Origin: Nanobdellota archaeon
GTDB lineage: Archaea > Nanobdellota > Nanobdellia > Woesearchaeales > GW2011-AR4
Reading direction: 5' to 3'
NCBI GenBank assembly: GCA_038046385.1
Contig: JBBSWH010000001.1
Span: 96,001 to 160,000, forward strand
Length of the DNA: 64,000 nucleotides
Shown: piece after piece, positions 1-10,162 of the stretch
How the letters are laid out: every line of letters begins with the position of its first letter
Position numbering within the stretch: the first letter of the stretch is position 1
Position numbers and translations under genes: made by a program
The notes under the pieces: generated by a model
The model's database searches: none
Told to the model about the DNA's origin: nothing
The model's input: only the letters and a program-made list of their open reading frames with translations

Positions 1-117
1 AACCCTTTTGCCGGAACCAGAATATCTTCTAACCAGAGTCAACTGCGCATCATCGAGCCATAATCCTGGCGGAAGTGTTACATCTCCTATTTGAGTTGGA
101 TATCCTGGCGGACTCAT
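1..117 (-). CDS. Hypothetical protein, 5' part only (runs off window start)
   Basis: ATG at 117, open to the edge (MSPPGYPTQIGDVTLPPGLWLDD...), with a TATA-like TTTAAATA about 25 nt upstream. Confidence 0.4.
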   Translation of the reverse strand, partial: MSPPGYPTQIGDVTLPPGLWLDDAQLTLVRRYSGSGKRV

Positions 118-432
118 AGTGGCTAGTATACTTAGGCTTTATTTAAATCTTTCTATTTTTTATCACTCTCTAATGGTACTAAATAGATTACTGATAAACA
201 ACTTTGCCCCATTTTAATTTTTCTATATTAAAAATTGAAAAATTTTTAATCCCGAAAATTTAGAAATTAAATTTTCGATATGGAAAATAATTAACTTTTT
301 ACTTATATGTGCTTCCTATACCAGTATACAAATTAGTAACATTTATATACTAGTTACTATAAAGCATTAGTTGGTTTTTGATATTTTGAATATAAAAATA
401 GCTAAAAAAATCTAAGTTTGAGGTGAATTAGA

Positions 433-1512
433 ATGGGAATGGATTTTGTAATCGAGAGCGCACTTAAGCAGGGAGTGCAACAGCATGAGGACTTGCAGAT
501 AGGTCATGCTAACATCAAAGTTATTGGCTGCGGTGGCGGCGGAAGCAACATGGTCAGCTGGCTTTATAAAAAAGGAGTCAGAGGAGCAGAAATTATTGCT
601 TGCAACACAGACAAGCAGCACCTCGAAATCACAGAAGCTGACAAAAGATTCCTAATCGGAAGAGAGCTTACAAGAGGGCTTGGATGCGGCGGATTCCCAG
701 ACAAGGGAGCCAAGGCAGCACAGGAGACAATCTCAGAGATTAAAGAAGTTTTAAAAGGATCTGATATGGTTTTCGTATGTGCAGGAATGGGCGGAGGAAC
801 AGGAACAGGATCAGCTCCAGTTGTTGCGCAGGTTGCAAAGGATGCAGGAGCAATTGTAATCGGAACAGTCACAATGCCATTCAAGATTGAAAGGGCAAGA
901 ATCGACAAAGCCGAATTCGGACTTCAGCAGCTAAGGCAGAACAGCGACACTGTTATCGTAATTGATAACAACAGGCTGGTAAACATTGCTGGAAACTTGC
1001 CAGTTCAACAGGCATTTGCTGTAGCAAACGAGTTAATCTCAACAATGATCAGGGGAATTGTAGAAACAATCGCAGTCCCATCACTGGTTAACTTGGATTA
1101 TGCTGACGTTAAAGCAATAATGCAGGACGGCGGAGTCGCAGCAATCGGTGTTGGTGTCTCAGACACAACAAACAGAGTAGAGGAAGCTGTCAAAGGAGCT
1201 TTATCAAACCCACTATTGGAGATAAGCTACAAGGGAGCAACCGGTGCTTTGATTCACATCGAAGGCGGACCAGACATGACACTTGATGAAGTCAACAGAG
1301 TTGGAGAGCTTGTAACAGAATCGCTTGACACAGATGCAAACGTTATCTGGGGAGCAAGGGTTTCGGAAGCAATGAAAGGCAAGGTGGCTGTCATGACAAT
1401 TATCACCGGCGTTAACTCACCGTGGATACTTGGAAAGTCAGACAAGAAAACAAGAAACGTTGAAGCCAGAAAGATTTCAGACGAGCTTGGAATTGACTAC
1501 TTCACAGATTAA
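433..1512 (+). CDS. ftsZ: Cell division protein FtsZ
   Basis: [21 protein letters not shown] tubulin signature, NLDYADV; RBS GAGGTGA. Confidence 0.98.
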   Translation: MGMDFVIESALKQGVQQHEDLQIGHANIKVIGCGGGGSNMVSWLYKKGVRGAEIIACNTDKQHLEITEADKRFLIGRELTRGLGCGGFPDKGAKAAQETISEIKEVLKGSDMVFVCAGMGGGTGTGSAPVVAQVAKDAGAIVIGTVTMPFKIERARIDKAEFGLQQLRQNSDTVIVIDNNRLVNIAGNLPVQQAFAVANELISTMIRGIVETIAVPSLVNLDYADVKAIMQDGGVAAIGVGVSDTTNRVEEAVKGALSNPLLEISYKGATGALIHIEGGPDMTLDEVNRVGELVTESLDTDANVIWGARVSEAMKGKVAVMTIITGVNSPWILGKSDKKTRNVEARKISDELGIDYFTD

Positions 1513-1572
1513 ATCTGTGAATTTTTATTTTATTTTTTAATTTTAATTATTATTTAATGGAAGGTGATAACT

Positions 1573-2325
1573 ATGTCAGTAGATGAAAATCAGATTGTAA
1601 AGAAAATGGTTGCAGATATTGCGGACAAGAACGAAAAGTTCATGTCAAAATCAAATGATCTTGAAAATTTTAAAAGAATCGTGCCGGTTCTTCTTGAGAA
1701 GGGAATAGACAATGTTAACCTTTCAATGTTTGATGATGTTACACGCTCAAAACTATTAAATGCGCTTGGAGAAGAGTACATCAGAAGAGGAAACATGAAT
1801 GACTCTGTCAAGGCTTTTATTCTTGCAGGAAATCGTGCAAGGCTTGTTGAAGTTGGAGAGCATTATGAAGAAGTTGGTTTGTTCGGGAATGCAATCGACA
1901 CATACAGGCTTGCTGATGACATCGGAAAACTGCTTATAATCGGAAAGAAATGCCTTGAAAACGGCCACTTTGCAGATGCAATCAAAGCATTCAGGCTTTG
2001 CAACGATGTTGAAAACCTGACGAAGGTTGGCGACGAGTGCTTCCAGAAGGGAAAATGGGATTATGCAATTGAAATATTCAACGCAATCAACAGCACCGCT
2101 AAATTAATCGATATAGGGGACAAATGCCTAAAAGAAAGGCAGATTGGATATGCTTCAAAGGCATACGAGCTTTCGCACGACAAGGACAAATTGAGTGCGC
2201 TTGGAGATGTCTGCCTAAGGGAAGGGCTATTGGCAACTGCGCTGAAATCATATCAGATTGCAGGCAATGAGATGATGGTCACCTTCATAAGGGAGAACTT
2301 CGGCAACAAGCTGTCGAATTTTTAA
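1573..2325 (+). CDS. Alpha-solenoid protein with about 29-aa TPR/coatomer-like repeats
   Basis: Repeats such as KLIDIGDKCLKERQIGYASKAYELSHDKD; ATG 1573 follows RBS GGTGAT; paralog at 57084-57464. Confidence 0.8.
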   Translation: MSVDENQIVKKMVADIADKNEKFMSKSNDLENFKRIVPVLLEKGIDNVNLSMFDDVTRSKLLNALGEEYIRRGNMNDSVKAFILAGNRARLVEVGEHYEEVGLFGNAIDTYRLADDIGKLLIIGKKCLENGHFADAIKAFRLCNDVENLTKVGDECFQKGKWDYAIEIFNAINSTAKLIDIGDKCLKERQIGYASKAYELSHDKDKLSALGDVCLREGLLATALKSYQIAGNEMMVTFIRENFGNKLSNF

Positions 2326-2386
2326 TATTTTTTTAAATTTTATTCATTCAACGATAGAGTAAGGAATATACGAAGAGGTCATAAAC

Positions 2387-2800
2387 ATGGAAACCGATGC
2401 ATTCAGCCAGAAAAGAATGGAATTAATGATTGACATGGCTACCAAGAAGCTCCAGCAGGAGATTAATTCTTTGAAAGAGCACATTGGGTCGTTGAACAGC
2501 GAAATGGGCTCATTGAAAAGTCAGGTTTCAAGAATTCAGTTCCAGCCTCAAAAAGCACAAGTTCAAAGGCAGGAAGTTTCACAGGAAGCGCCATCACAGG
2601 AAGATTATGAACAGCAACAGCCAAGCCAGGAAAAAAGAGAAACAAAAATTGTAGACTGCAGGCCCCATGGTGAAAGAACAGAATCTTTCCAGGGCGGATC
2701 TGCAAAAAATTCAGCAGAGCCGATAAGGCCGAGGTTCGGAGACTATCAATCCAAGGATGTCAGCATAGAGAAATTCTTTTACTTTGGGAATAAGAGATAA
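2387..2800 (+). CDS. Hypothetical protein (N-terminal coiled coil, Q/E-rich linker, C-terminal DVSIEKFFYFG motif)
   Basis: ORF with RBS GAGGT, co-oriented with ftsZ. Confidence 0.75.
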   Translation: METDAFSQKRMELMIDMATKKLQQEINSLKEHIGSLNSEMGSLKSQVSRIQFQPQKAQVQRQEVSQEAPSQEDYEQQQPSQEKRETKIVDCRPHGERTESFQGGSAKNSAEPIRPRFGDYQSKDVSIEKFFYFGNKR

Positions 2801-2857
2801 AATTTTTATTTTTTAGTGTTTTTATTTAGATTAAATCTCTATTTACTATTCTCATTT

Positions 2858-3139
2858 TTAATCCACCATAAACAATTTATTGTCAGTCACGTCAAAATAG
2901 CCCAGTCTTGCGCCTGCATCGAGAAAAGCATGAGCGTAGCATACTGCTCCGTAAGCATTCACAATGTCACCTTTCTTCTCAAAATGCTTCGCATCATCAT
3001 AATAGCATTTAGATAAATTAAGAAGGTCTTCTGCAGCTTTCTTTTCTGCTGCGTTTAATGTGCCTTTTATCTTGGCTTTTTCCATTGCCTCTGCTGTCAG
3101 CTTAAAGTACTTTGAAAGCTTAGATTTCAATTCTTCCAT
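2858..3139 (-). CDS. DUF357 family protein
   Basis: YYDDAKHFEKKGDIVNAYGAVCYAHAFLDAGARLG. Confidence 0.85.
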   Translation of the reverse strand: MEELKSKLSKYFKLTAEAMEKAKIKGTLNAAEKKAAEDLLNLSKCYYDDAKHFEKKGDIVNAYGAVCYAHAFLDAGARLGYFDVTDNKLFMVD

Positions 3140-3217
3140 AGCCTATGGGTAAGCCTATCTCATTTAAAAAGATAATGAAAAAAAAGAATAATAAATTAAA
3201 AAAATAAAAGAAAAAGC

Positions 3218-3994
3218 TTACTTTAGATAAGCCCTTAATTCCTTTGCCTTCTCAATTCCAATGTCAAGCATCTTGCTGATTTCATCCTGTGTAAGAGGCT
3301 GATCTCCGCCTTTCTGCAGTGCGCAAAGCGTTCCGTCTTCCATGGAAGAAACAGTCAGTCTTGCGTCAATGACCTTCTCTTCTTCAGTGTCTGGATCAAC
3401 AATGAAATTGTTGCCTATCTTGATAACGGTTACTGCAATCGGTACCTTTTCAAGCTGCATCTGCTTGTCGGTCTTTTTCTTGTAATCTACCTTTTCCCCA
3501 TTGTAAGCAGGGAACTTTGTATTTTTCAAGGCCGCAATTGCTCCTAAGGACGCAGCATCAAATAAATTACCTGCATCGTTTATTGGGCAGATATCTATAA
3601 TGACCATCCATATACTTTTGCCTTTTTCTATGCACAGCTTCTTGAAATCAAGGGCTTTACTCTCTCTGATTCCACGGTCAACAACTCTTGCGAGTTCTAT
3701 TGCTTTTATTCCAGGGGGACCAAGCTCATAGTCTGGGCTCGACATAGGCAGCAATTCTGCTCCTACTATAATAGTGCCTTCATCTGGCGAGTCAGGGTAT
3801 GGCTCTCCAATCTCTAATTTGACACCGACCATAATCTCTGTTTCTCCAATTTTGACTCTTGCAGAGCCTTCGGCTGTCTTTATGACTCCGTACTCTACTG
3901 AAATAGGGCCTCTGTATTCTGTTGGCTTTCTTCCGTCAAGCCTTGTCTGATTATTCAGCAAGGTTACAATGTGGGTTCTTAATTCTTTGAACAT
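3218..3994 (-). CDS. rrp42: Exosome complex component Rrp42
   Basis: RLDGRKPTEYR, AEGSARVKIGET, IELARVVDRGIRES; operon context. Confidence 0.96.
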   Translation of the reverse strand: MFKELRTHIVTLLNNQTRLDGRKPTEYRGPISVEYGVIKTAEGSARVKIGETEIMVGVKLEIGEPYPDSPDEGTIIVGAELLPMSSPDYELGPPGIKAIELARVVDRGIRESKALDFKKLCIEKGKSIWMVIIDICPINDAGNLFDAASLGAIAALKNTKFPAYNGEKVDYKKKTDKQMQLEKVPIAVTVIKIGNNFIVDPDTEEEKVIDARLTVSSMEDGTLCALQKGGDQPLTQDEISKMLDIGIEKAKELRAYLK

Positions 3995-3996
3995 TT

Positions 3997-4704
3997 TTAC
4001 TCAACCTCGTGATATTTTTCCTTAAGCGCCTTTTTTTGCACTTCATAAATTTCCATGCAGGCCTTCTTTGCCATCTCAAGCGCTTCTGTCAATTGTTCTT
4101 TGCTTACTTCTCCGTCCATCTGCAGCAAGGTTATCTTGCCAGAGCCGGTCATCATTGCAACTGGTATGTCAGCCACTGGGCCATCTGGATAGCTTTCTTC
4201 AGAGTAATCAAGGTCAACAACCATTTTGTCATCGACTCTTCCTACAGATACTGCTGAAACAAGGTCTCTCATATCGAGGCCTGCATCGGCTAATGCCATT
4301 GATGCTGCGCAAATTCCTGCGCATCTTGAGCCTGCTTCTGTTTCCGGCAGTTCAATAAAAACATCAACCACGGAGTTTGGATAATCTTCTAAGTTAAGAA
4401 CCGGCAATAGTGCTTTTTCTGTAACTAATGAGATTTCTTTTGACCTTCTTGATCCTCCTGGCCTTACTCTCTCGCCTGAGCTTGAGAATGGCATCATGTT
4501 GTAATTGCATCTTAAGATTCCAGTCTGCGGATCCTGCATGAATTTTGGGTGCAGATTTCTTGGACCGTACACTGCTGCGTAAGCCATTGTGTTCCCTATC
4601 CTGAACATTGCAGAGCCGTCTGCTCTTTTGATGACTCCTACTTTTGCTTCAATAGGCCTTGTTTCGTCAAAGCCCCTGTTGTCTATTCTTTGTTTGTAAC
4701 TCAT
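3997..4704 (-). CDS. rrp41: Exosome complex exonuclease Rrp41
   Basis: RADGSA, AVYGPR, SRRSKEIS, LLQMDG; RNase PH fold. Confidence 0.96.
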   Translation of the reverse strand: MSYKQRIDNRGFDETRPIEAKVGVIKRADGSAMFRIGNTMAYAAVYGPRNLHPKFMQDPQTGILRCNYNMMPFSSSGERVRPGGSRRSKEISLVTEKALLPVLNLEDYPNSVVDVFIELPETEAGSRCAGICAASMALADAGLDMRDLVSAVSVGRVDDKMVVDLDYSEESYPDGPVADIPVAMMTGSGKITLLQMDGEVSKEQLTEALEMAKKACMEIYEVQKKALKEKYHEVE

Positions 4705-4705
4705 T

Positions 4706-5398
4706 TTAATTCACCTGTTGACTAGTCTCAAGGAAAGCCTTTATTTTTTCAGTTAATCCACTGAGATGGCTTTCTTTCTCTATCTTTCTTATTGCGTTGA
4801 TTGCCCTCATCTCATTGACAGGGGATCCTTCAATCCACACAAGACCGTTCTGGCCGACTGTGATGTTGCACTGTGTTGCTTCTTTTATCATCATGACCAT
4901 TGAGCCCTGCTTGCCGATTATTCTCGGAACCTTGTGCGTGCTGACTTCAATTATCCTTCCGCCCTTCAATTTTCTCAATCCGGGGCCTTTCATTGTAACG
5001 TCTATAAGCTTCTGGCTTGTGACATTTGCAATCTTGCAGACAATATGCTCCCCAAGGTCGTAATACTGCGTAAGGTTTGCGCCTCTTGCAATAAAATCTG
5101 AAGTTGCGTCCTTCATTGACAGCATTGCAGAGTATGCGGAGTTTGTGTCTATTCTCCATCCATTGAATCCAACGTCAATCACTTTGCATATAATGGTGTC
5201 TCCTATCTTTGGCATGTACCTTCCTGACATCGGGATCAATTTTATTGTCCTTCCATCCAGCATAACAAGGCCTAACCTGCCTGCCATTATGCTATCTCCT
5301 TCCCTGTATGTTCCCATACCTGGGAGTATATCCATTCCTGTTCCAAGAATTTCTCCCGGAACTGCTATATCTTTTTCATTAACTGTTATTCCTGACAT
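4706..5398 (-). CDS. rrp4: Exosome RNA-binding protein Rrp4 (S1+KH)
   Basis: VPGE, YMPKIGD, KVPRIIGKQGSM, VGQNGLVWI. Confidence 0.96.
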   Translation of the reverse strand: MSGITVNEKDIAVPGEILGTGMDILPGMGTYREGDSIMAGRLGLVMLDGRTIKLIPMSGRYMPKIGDTIICKVIDVGFNGWRIDTNSAYSAMLSMKDATSDFIARGANLTQYYDLGEHIVCKIANVTSQKLIDVTMKGPGLRKLKGGRIIEVSTHKVPRIIGKQGSMVMMIKEATQCNITVGQNGLVWIEGSPVNEMRAINAIRKIEKESHLSGLTEKIKAFLETSQQVN

Positions 5399-5431
5399 TT
5401 TTTGTCCTCCTATTTTATTTTTTAATTTTAT

Positions 5432-6133
5432 TTATTTCGTCTTCAAAACTTTGCTTTCAAGATTGCCGTGGCATATCTTGTTTAATTTGTCGTAAAAGTC
5501 ATTTTCAAGTCCGCCAGGGATTTCGACAACTGCAGTCCAGTTTCCGTTATCCTGCCACGCTTCCCTTAAGATTGTGGCAAACTGCTTTATTGTGGCATAG
5601 CATTTTGGCGCGTATTCCGGCGTTATTTTGATTGCAATCTCTTTTATTTCAAACTTTATCGGAAGAACAACTCTTAATTTCTTCAAAGCTTCCTGCACTT
5701 GCTCCTGAACTGGCTTGAATTCATCAACATGTATCTTTGCTTCTTCAAAAGCGTTTTCTATTCTTTGCGCAGGATGCGGCAAATGGGTTTTTGGATCAAC
5801 ACCGTTTGTGTGGATTATGGTTATCATCTGCTTTCTTTTTTCTTTTCTTAATCCATCACGATATTCTTGCGTTAACTGTATTTCTCCGTTTTGTATGATG
5901 ATCTTTGCAACTTCCTCTGCGTCGCTTGTACCAAAAAGCTGCTTCATAGCAGTCTCAGAAGCTTCCAACCCTTTTCTTGCGTCAGAAAATATCCTTGAGG
6001 CAGCAAGCACATCGTGAACACTGATGCTTTTGCCTTCCCTTAATGCAAGAGCGCCCTGGCAGTCTACAAGTATTTCAAACTCGTGCCCATCTTTCTTTAA
6101 TTTTGCTATGACTGCATGATCAACTGAAACCAT
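5432..6133 (-). CDS. Ribosome assembly factor SBDS
   Basis: FEILVD, IFSDARKG, DPKTHLPHPAQRIENA; conserved position between psmA and rrp4. Confidence 0.95.
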   Translation of the reverse strand: MVSVDHAVIAKLKKDGHEFEILVDCQGALALREGKSISVHDVLAASRIFSDARKGLEASETAMKQLFGTSDAEEVAKIIIQNGEIQLTQEYRDGLRKEKRKQMITIIHTNGVDPKTHLPHPAQRIENAFEEAKIHVDEFKPVQEQVQEALKKLRVVLPIKFEIKEIAIKITPEYAPKCYATIKQFATILREAWQDNGNWTAVVEIPGGLENDFYDKLNKICHGNLESKVLKTK

Positions 6134-6137
6134 AAAC

Positions 6138-6890
6138 TCACTTCTTCACCAATTTTTTATCATCTTTCAATTCAGATGAAATCTTTTCAAGCTTCTGTTT
6201 TGGAACTCTTTTGAATTTCTTTTCTGCTATTGTAATATAGGCTGCATCAACCCTTTCAACATTGTAGTTTTCACCCAAAACCCTTTTCAGGGCTTTTAAG
6301 CAAAGCTTCAATCCGTTTTCAATTGTGATGTCTTGCTTGTATTCGCTGTGTAAAATTTCCTCAACTTCAATCTCCCCTTCTCCGATTGCAGTTGCCCTGT
6401 ACTGGAAATAAATTCCGATAGGGTCTGTCTCGAACAATTTTGGAGTGTTGTCGTCAATCCCAGCTATCAACACAGAAACTCCGAATGGCCTTAACCCGCC
6501 GCTTTGTGTGCATACCTGCTTTAAATCGCAAATATCCTTTACAATTGACGATGTGTCAATTTCTGAATCATAAGTTACCCTGTTCTGTTGTGCTTTTAAC
6601 TGGGCTCTGTCAATAAGGACGCGTGCATCGCTTAAAATACCTGATGCTGAAGCTCCAATATGATCGTCAATTTGCCATATCTTTTCTACGCTTTCAGGAA
6701 CAACTAGGGTGTCAACTACTCTTTTGTCTGCAACCAGCAAGACTCCATCAGAGCATACAACTCCTATTGCAGTTGATCCCTGTCTCACTGTTTTTTTAGC
6801 GTATTCTACCTGTAGTAATCTTCCGTCTGGGCTGAACATGGTTATTGCCCTGTCATATCCCATCAACTGGTGTGGCATTGGTTGCTGCAT
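6138..6890 (-). CDS. psmA: Proteasome subunit alpha
   Basis: GYDRAITMFSPDGRLLQVEYA signature; RPFGVS. Confidence 0.98.
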   Translation of the reverse strand: MQQPMPHQLMGYDRAITMFSPDGRLLQVEYAKKTVRQGSTAIGVVCSDGVLLVADKRVVDTLVVPESVEKIWQIDDHIGASASGILSDARVLIDRAQLKAQQNRVTYDSEIDTSSIVKDICDLKQVCTQSGGLRPFGVSVLIAGIDDNTPKLFETDPIGIYFQYRATAIGEGEIEVEEILHSEYKQDITIENGLKLCLKALKRVLGENYNVERVDAAYITIAEKKFKRVPKQKLEKISSELKDDKKLVKK

Positions 6891-6893
6891 TTT

Positions 6894-7268
6894 TTATTCA
6901 TCCTCCGATTTTTTTAGATAGTTATTTTCTGCTTTTCTTAATATTCCTGAAACGCCAAGGCTTCTTATTATTACTTCCTTGTCGCCTATTCTGTCTGCAA
7001 ACACGAATGATGCCTTGACAGCATCAACTTGTTTGTGATTGACTTTTAAGATGCCTCTTTGTTTTTCAGCATCCCACTTATTTGCCAATGGCATTATGCC
7101 GGCGTCTGCCATGCTGAACATGCCGAGGCAATTGTGCGCTGCCCTCATTATTTCTTTTGAGACAGGCTCAAAGTCTGCTATTTTGCCTTTTGAGATGACT
7201 TCGAAAGCGATGTAACGCTTCTTTTTCCTTAAACTTGGCAAAATAGGCTTTATCTTCGTTTTTACCAT
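6894..7268 (-). CDS. rnp2: RNase P protein component 2 (Pop5/Rpp14)
   Basis: LPSLRKKKRYIAF, LGVSGILRKA; lies upstream of psmA. Confidence 0.9.
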   Translation of the reverse strand: MVKTKIKPILPSLRKKKRYIAFEVISKGKIADFEPVSKEIMRAAHNCLGMFSMADAGIMPLANKWDAEKQRGILKVNHKQVDAVKASFVFADRIGDKEVIIRSLGVSGILRKAENNYLKKSEDE

Positions 7269-7421
7269 CCCAAATACGAGAAGAAATCATTATTGATTAA
7301 CTCCGTTCTCTTCTCCCTGTTAATGTTAGAAATAGGCTAATACTATATAAAGTTTTGCTAAATTAAATTGATATTACTAACAATACGTTTATAAACGGAG
7401 TGCACTTCTTAATAATCTAAG

Positions 7422-7781
7422 ATGGCAGATTTCAGAAAGAACCAGGGAAGAACATTTGGCAGAGATTCTAGAGGGCCTAACAGAAGAGATTCTGGAAGAT
7501 CCGGCGGAAGAGACTTTGACAGGCCAAGAAGAGATGGTGGATTGGAGATGCACGAAGCAACATGCTACAAATGCGGACGCCAGTGCGAGGTTCCGTTCAA
7601 GCCAATGGGCAGCAAGCCAGTTTACTGCAGCGGCTGCTTCAAGAAAGAAGGGGATTCAGGCGACTCATTTTCAGCTCCAAGAGAATCATTTTCAGCTCCA
7701 AAAGGGAAAGATTATTCAGCAGATTTGGAACAGATAAACAAAAAGCTTGACAAGATAATGAAGGCTTTAGAACTTGATTAA
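7422..7781 (+). CDS. CxxC-x17-CxxC zinc-binding protein with RG-rich N-terminus
   Basis: MHEATCYKCGRQCEVPFKPMGSKPVYCSGCF. Confidence 0.88.
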   Translation: MADFRKNQGRTFGRDSRGPNRRDSGRSGGRDFDRPRRDGGLEMHEATCYKCGRQCEVPFKPMGSKPVYCSGCFKKEGDSGDSFSAPRESFSAPKGKDYSADLEQINKKLDKIMKALELD

Positions 7782-7783
7782 AA

Positions 7784-9127
7784 TTATTTTCTTATAAGGA
7801 TAAGCAGTTCTTTTTTCTTTTCTTCCATCATTTTTTCTGTATTAGCTTCAAGGTTTAATCTCAATAAATGCTCTGTGTTAGAAGGTCTTATGTTAAACCA
7901 CCAAACACCAAACTCAACAGTTACCCCATCAAGCCTTGACGTTCTTTTTGGGTTTTGTTTTTTGTAAATATTTTCAATTTCGTCCATTTTTGCATTTTTA
8001 TCTTGGACTTCAACATTGGTTTCTTCAATTTTATGGTAAACTTTGAATTCTTCAAGCAATTCTGACAGCGTCTTTTTTTCTTTTGAAACAATTTCTGCAA
8101 CAATCAGGCTTGTTATTATGCCGGAATCCGCTCTGTAATTGTCCCTGTAATAATAATGCGCAGAATGCTCGCATGCAAACAATGCTTTTGTTTTTCGCAT
8201 TGTGTCTTTTATGAAAGAATGCCCGACTCTTTCAAGAATTGGAACTCCGCCGTATTTTTTTATTGTTTCCGGCACGATTTTGCTGCAAACAAGGTTATAG
8301 ATTATTTTCTGCTTTGGCGTTTTTTTCAGAAGATTTTTTATTATCAATGCCGAAATCAACGAGCTGTTTATAACATCTCCTTTTCCATCCACAAAGAAAA
8401 TCCTGTCTGCATCTCCGTCAAATGCAATTCCGAAATCACATTTGTTTTTTTTAATTGTTTCCTGCAGCTGGACAAGATTTTCGTACTTTGAAGGGTCTGC
8501 AGGATGATTTGGAAAATTACCGTCGAGATTAAAATATAGCGGAACAATTTTTATATTGAGGTTTTTGTAAACCATTGGCACAATCTTTCCAGCCATTCCA
8601 TTGCCAGCATCAGCGGCAATTTTTAATTTTGAAAGTTTTTTTACATCGATGAAGCTTTTTACGTGATTTACATATTTTTTCAGAATTTCTTTTTTGATTA
8701 TCTTTCCTTTATTTCTTATTTTTACATTATAATCATCATTTTCAATTATTGATTTTATTGCCATTAATCCAGTGTCCTCGTTCATTGGAACTGCATTTTC
8801 CCTGCAGAATTTTATCCCATTGTATTTTTTTGGATTGTGCGATGCTGTGAACATTACTCCTGGCAAGTTCAAGTATCCTGATGCAAAATAAACTGCATCT
8901 GTGCATACCTGTCCGATGAACACAACATCGCAGCCCATGTCATTTGCGCCATGCATGAATGCTTTTGACAATGATGGAGAAGAGATGCGCATATCTGTTC
9001 CGACAACAATCTTTTTTGCCTTTAGAAAATGAACGAATGCTTTTCCTATTTTGTATGCTACTTCTTCTGTGATTGTTTCGCCGTAAACACCGCGAACGTC
9101 GTAGGCTTTGAAGATTTCTGATAGCAT
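7784..9127 (-). CDS. manB: Phosphomannomutase/phosphoglucomutase
   Basis: FKAYDVRG, TASHNP, FDGDADR, CEHSAH, IRPSNTE. Confidence 0.92.
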   Translation of the reverse strand: MLSEIFKAYDVRGVYGETITEEVAYKIGKAFVHFLKAKKIVVGTDMRISSPSLSKAFMHGANDMGCDVVFIGQVCTDAVYFASGYLNLPGVMFTASHNPKKYNGIKFCRENAVPMNEDTGLMAIKSIIENDDYNVKIRNKGKIIKKEILKKYVNHVKSFIDVKKLSKLKIAADAGNGMAGKIVPMVYKNLNIKIVPLYFNLDGNFPNHPADPSKYENLVQLQETIKKNKCDFGIAFDGDADRIFFVDGKGDVINSSLISALIIKNLLKKTPKQKIIYNLVCSKIVPETIKKYGGVPILERVGHSFIKDTMRKTKALFACEHSAHYYYRDNYRADSGIITSLIVAEIVSKEKKTLSELLEEFKVYHKIEETNVEVQDKNAKMDEIENIYKKQNPKRTSRLDGVTVEFGVWWFNIRPSNTEHLLRLNLEANTEKMMEEKKKELLILIRK

Positions 9128-9176
9128 TTTAGAAACAGGAAATTTTATTTATTTAAATCTTTGCTTAAATTGACTT

Positions 9177-10043
9177 TCATTCCAGCTCTTCGTCGTCTTC
9201 TTCGACTTGGGTAACGCCTTTCCAGTTCTTTTCTGCGATTTTGTACCTTTCTATGTTGCCGATGTCAAACCACTGGCCTGCAAACGGAAATCCTCGTAAT
9301 CTTCCCGCTTTTGCAAGCTTCGGAAAAACATCTTTTTCAAGCATCGAGAAACCATTTGGGATCATGTCAATCGCTTCTGGCTCCATTATGTAAAATCCTG
9401 CATTGATTAAATTTGAAGGAGCGTCTTCTTTCTTCGGCTTCTCGATAAATTCGACAATTCTTGAACCATCTAATCTTGCAACACCGTAATGGGAAGGATC
9501 GTCAACTGTTGTCAAGGCAAGCGTTGCCAGTGCATTCTTTCTTTTATGCAGCCTGAACATTCTTGGTATATTAATGCTTTTTAATTCATCCCCATTTGAA
9601 ACAATGAAGCTGTCTTTTATGTATTTTTTAGCAAGTTTAAGAGGGCCTGCTGTGCCAAGCGCTTCATCTTCCTCAACATAAGTTATATTCACTCCAAATT
9701 TGCTTCCGTCTCCAAAATATTCCTTTATGTTGTTTTTTAAATAGCCGACGCACAAAATAACATCCCTTATTCCGTATTTTTTTATCAGGTCAAACAAATG
9801 CTCAATTATTGGCTTTCCGTTGACGTCAAGCAAAGCTTTTGGAGTCTTGTCTGTCAATGGGCGAAGCCGTGTTCCTCTTCCTCCAACAAGAAAAACAGCC
9901 TGTTTTGGAATGTTTGCGCCAAGCGCATCTGAAAGAAGAAACTCAATTTCCTGCGATCTGTTTTTTATGCCCATGCCGTCTACTCTTTTATCTATCTGCT
10001 TTATCAGTTCCTTGTCGAGAGTTATGGTTATGCGCTCTTTCAA
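9177..10043 (-). CDS. Sugar-phosphate nucleotidyltransferase with N-terminal ribbon-helix-helix domain
   Basis: MKERITITLD...NRSQEIEFLL (RHH) fused to GGRGTRLRPLT..PK, LGTAGPL, WFDIG; TTG start. Confidence 0.88.
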   Translation of the reverse strand: MKERITITLDKELIKQIDKRVDGMGIKNRSQEIEFLLSDALGANIPKQAVFLVGGRGTRLRPLTDKTPKALLDVNGKPIIEHLFDLIKKYGIRDVILCVGYLKNNIKEYFGDGSKFGVNITYVEEDEALGTAGPLKLAKKYIKDSFIVSNGDELKSINIPRMFRLHKRKNALATLALTTVDDPSHYGVARLDGSRIVEFIEKPKKEDAPSNLINAGFYIMEPEAIDMIPNGFSMLEKDVFPKLAKAGRLRGFPFAGQWFDIGNIERYKIAEKNWKGVTQVEEDDEELE

Positions 10044-10096
10044 AAAAATACCCCAGTTTAGAAGTTTAAAGCGTATTTATAAATATTTCGTTTTTT

Positions 10097-10116
10097 GTAT
10101 GATAAAGTATGATAAA
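10097..10116. promoter_or_regulatory. Tandem 10-bp direct repeat GTATGATAAA x2 between divergent TATA boxes
   Basis: Exact repeat at 10097-10106 and 10107-10116; TATA-like boxes near 10076-10085 and 10125-10132. Confidence 0.45.
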
Positions 10117-10162
10117 TCGAAAGCTTTATATATTATATATAAATTCGCTAATATGTGGGGTC

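Noticed and set aside
433-1512. Genome-wide reassignment of AUC/AUU to serine suggested by the odd tRNA
   Set aside because: ATC and ATT occupy conserved Ile positions in FtsZ (NIKVIG) and the standard code gives intact ORFs throughout
3218-7268. Exosome-proteasome-RNase P gene cluster as a novelty
   Set aside because: Well-known conserved archaeal superoperon
7666-7702. Direct repeat TCATTTTCAGCTCCAA x2
   Set aside because: In-frame 21-nt duplication in a linker (SFSAP twice); no sign of further function
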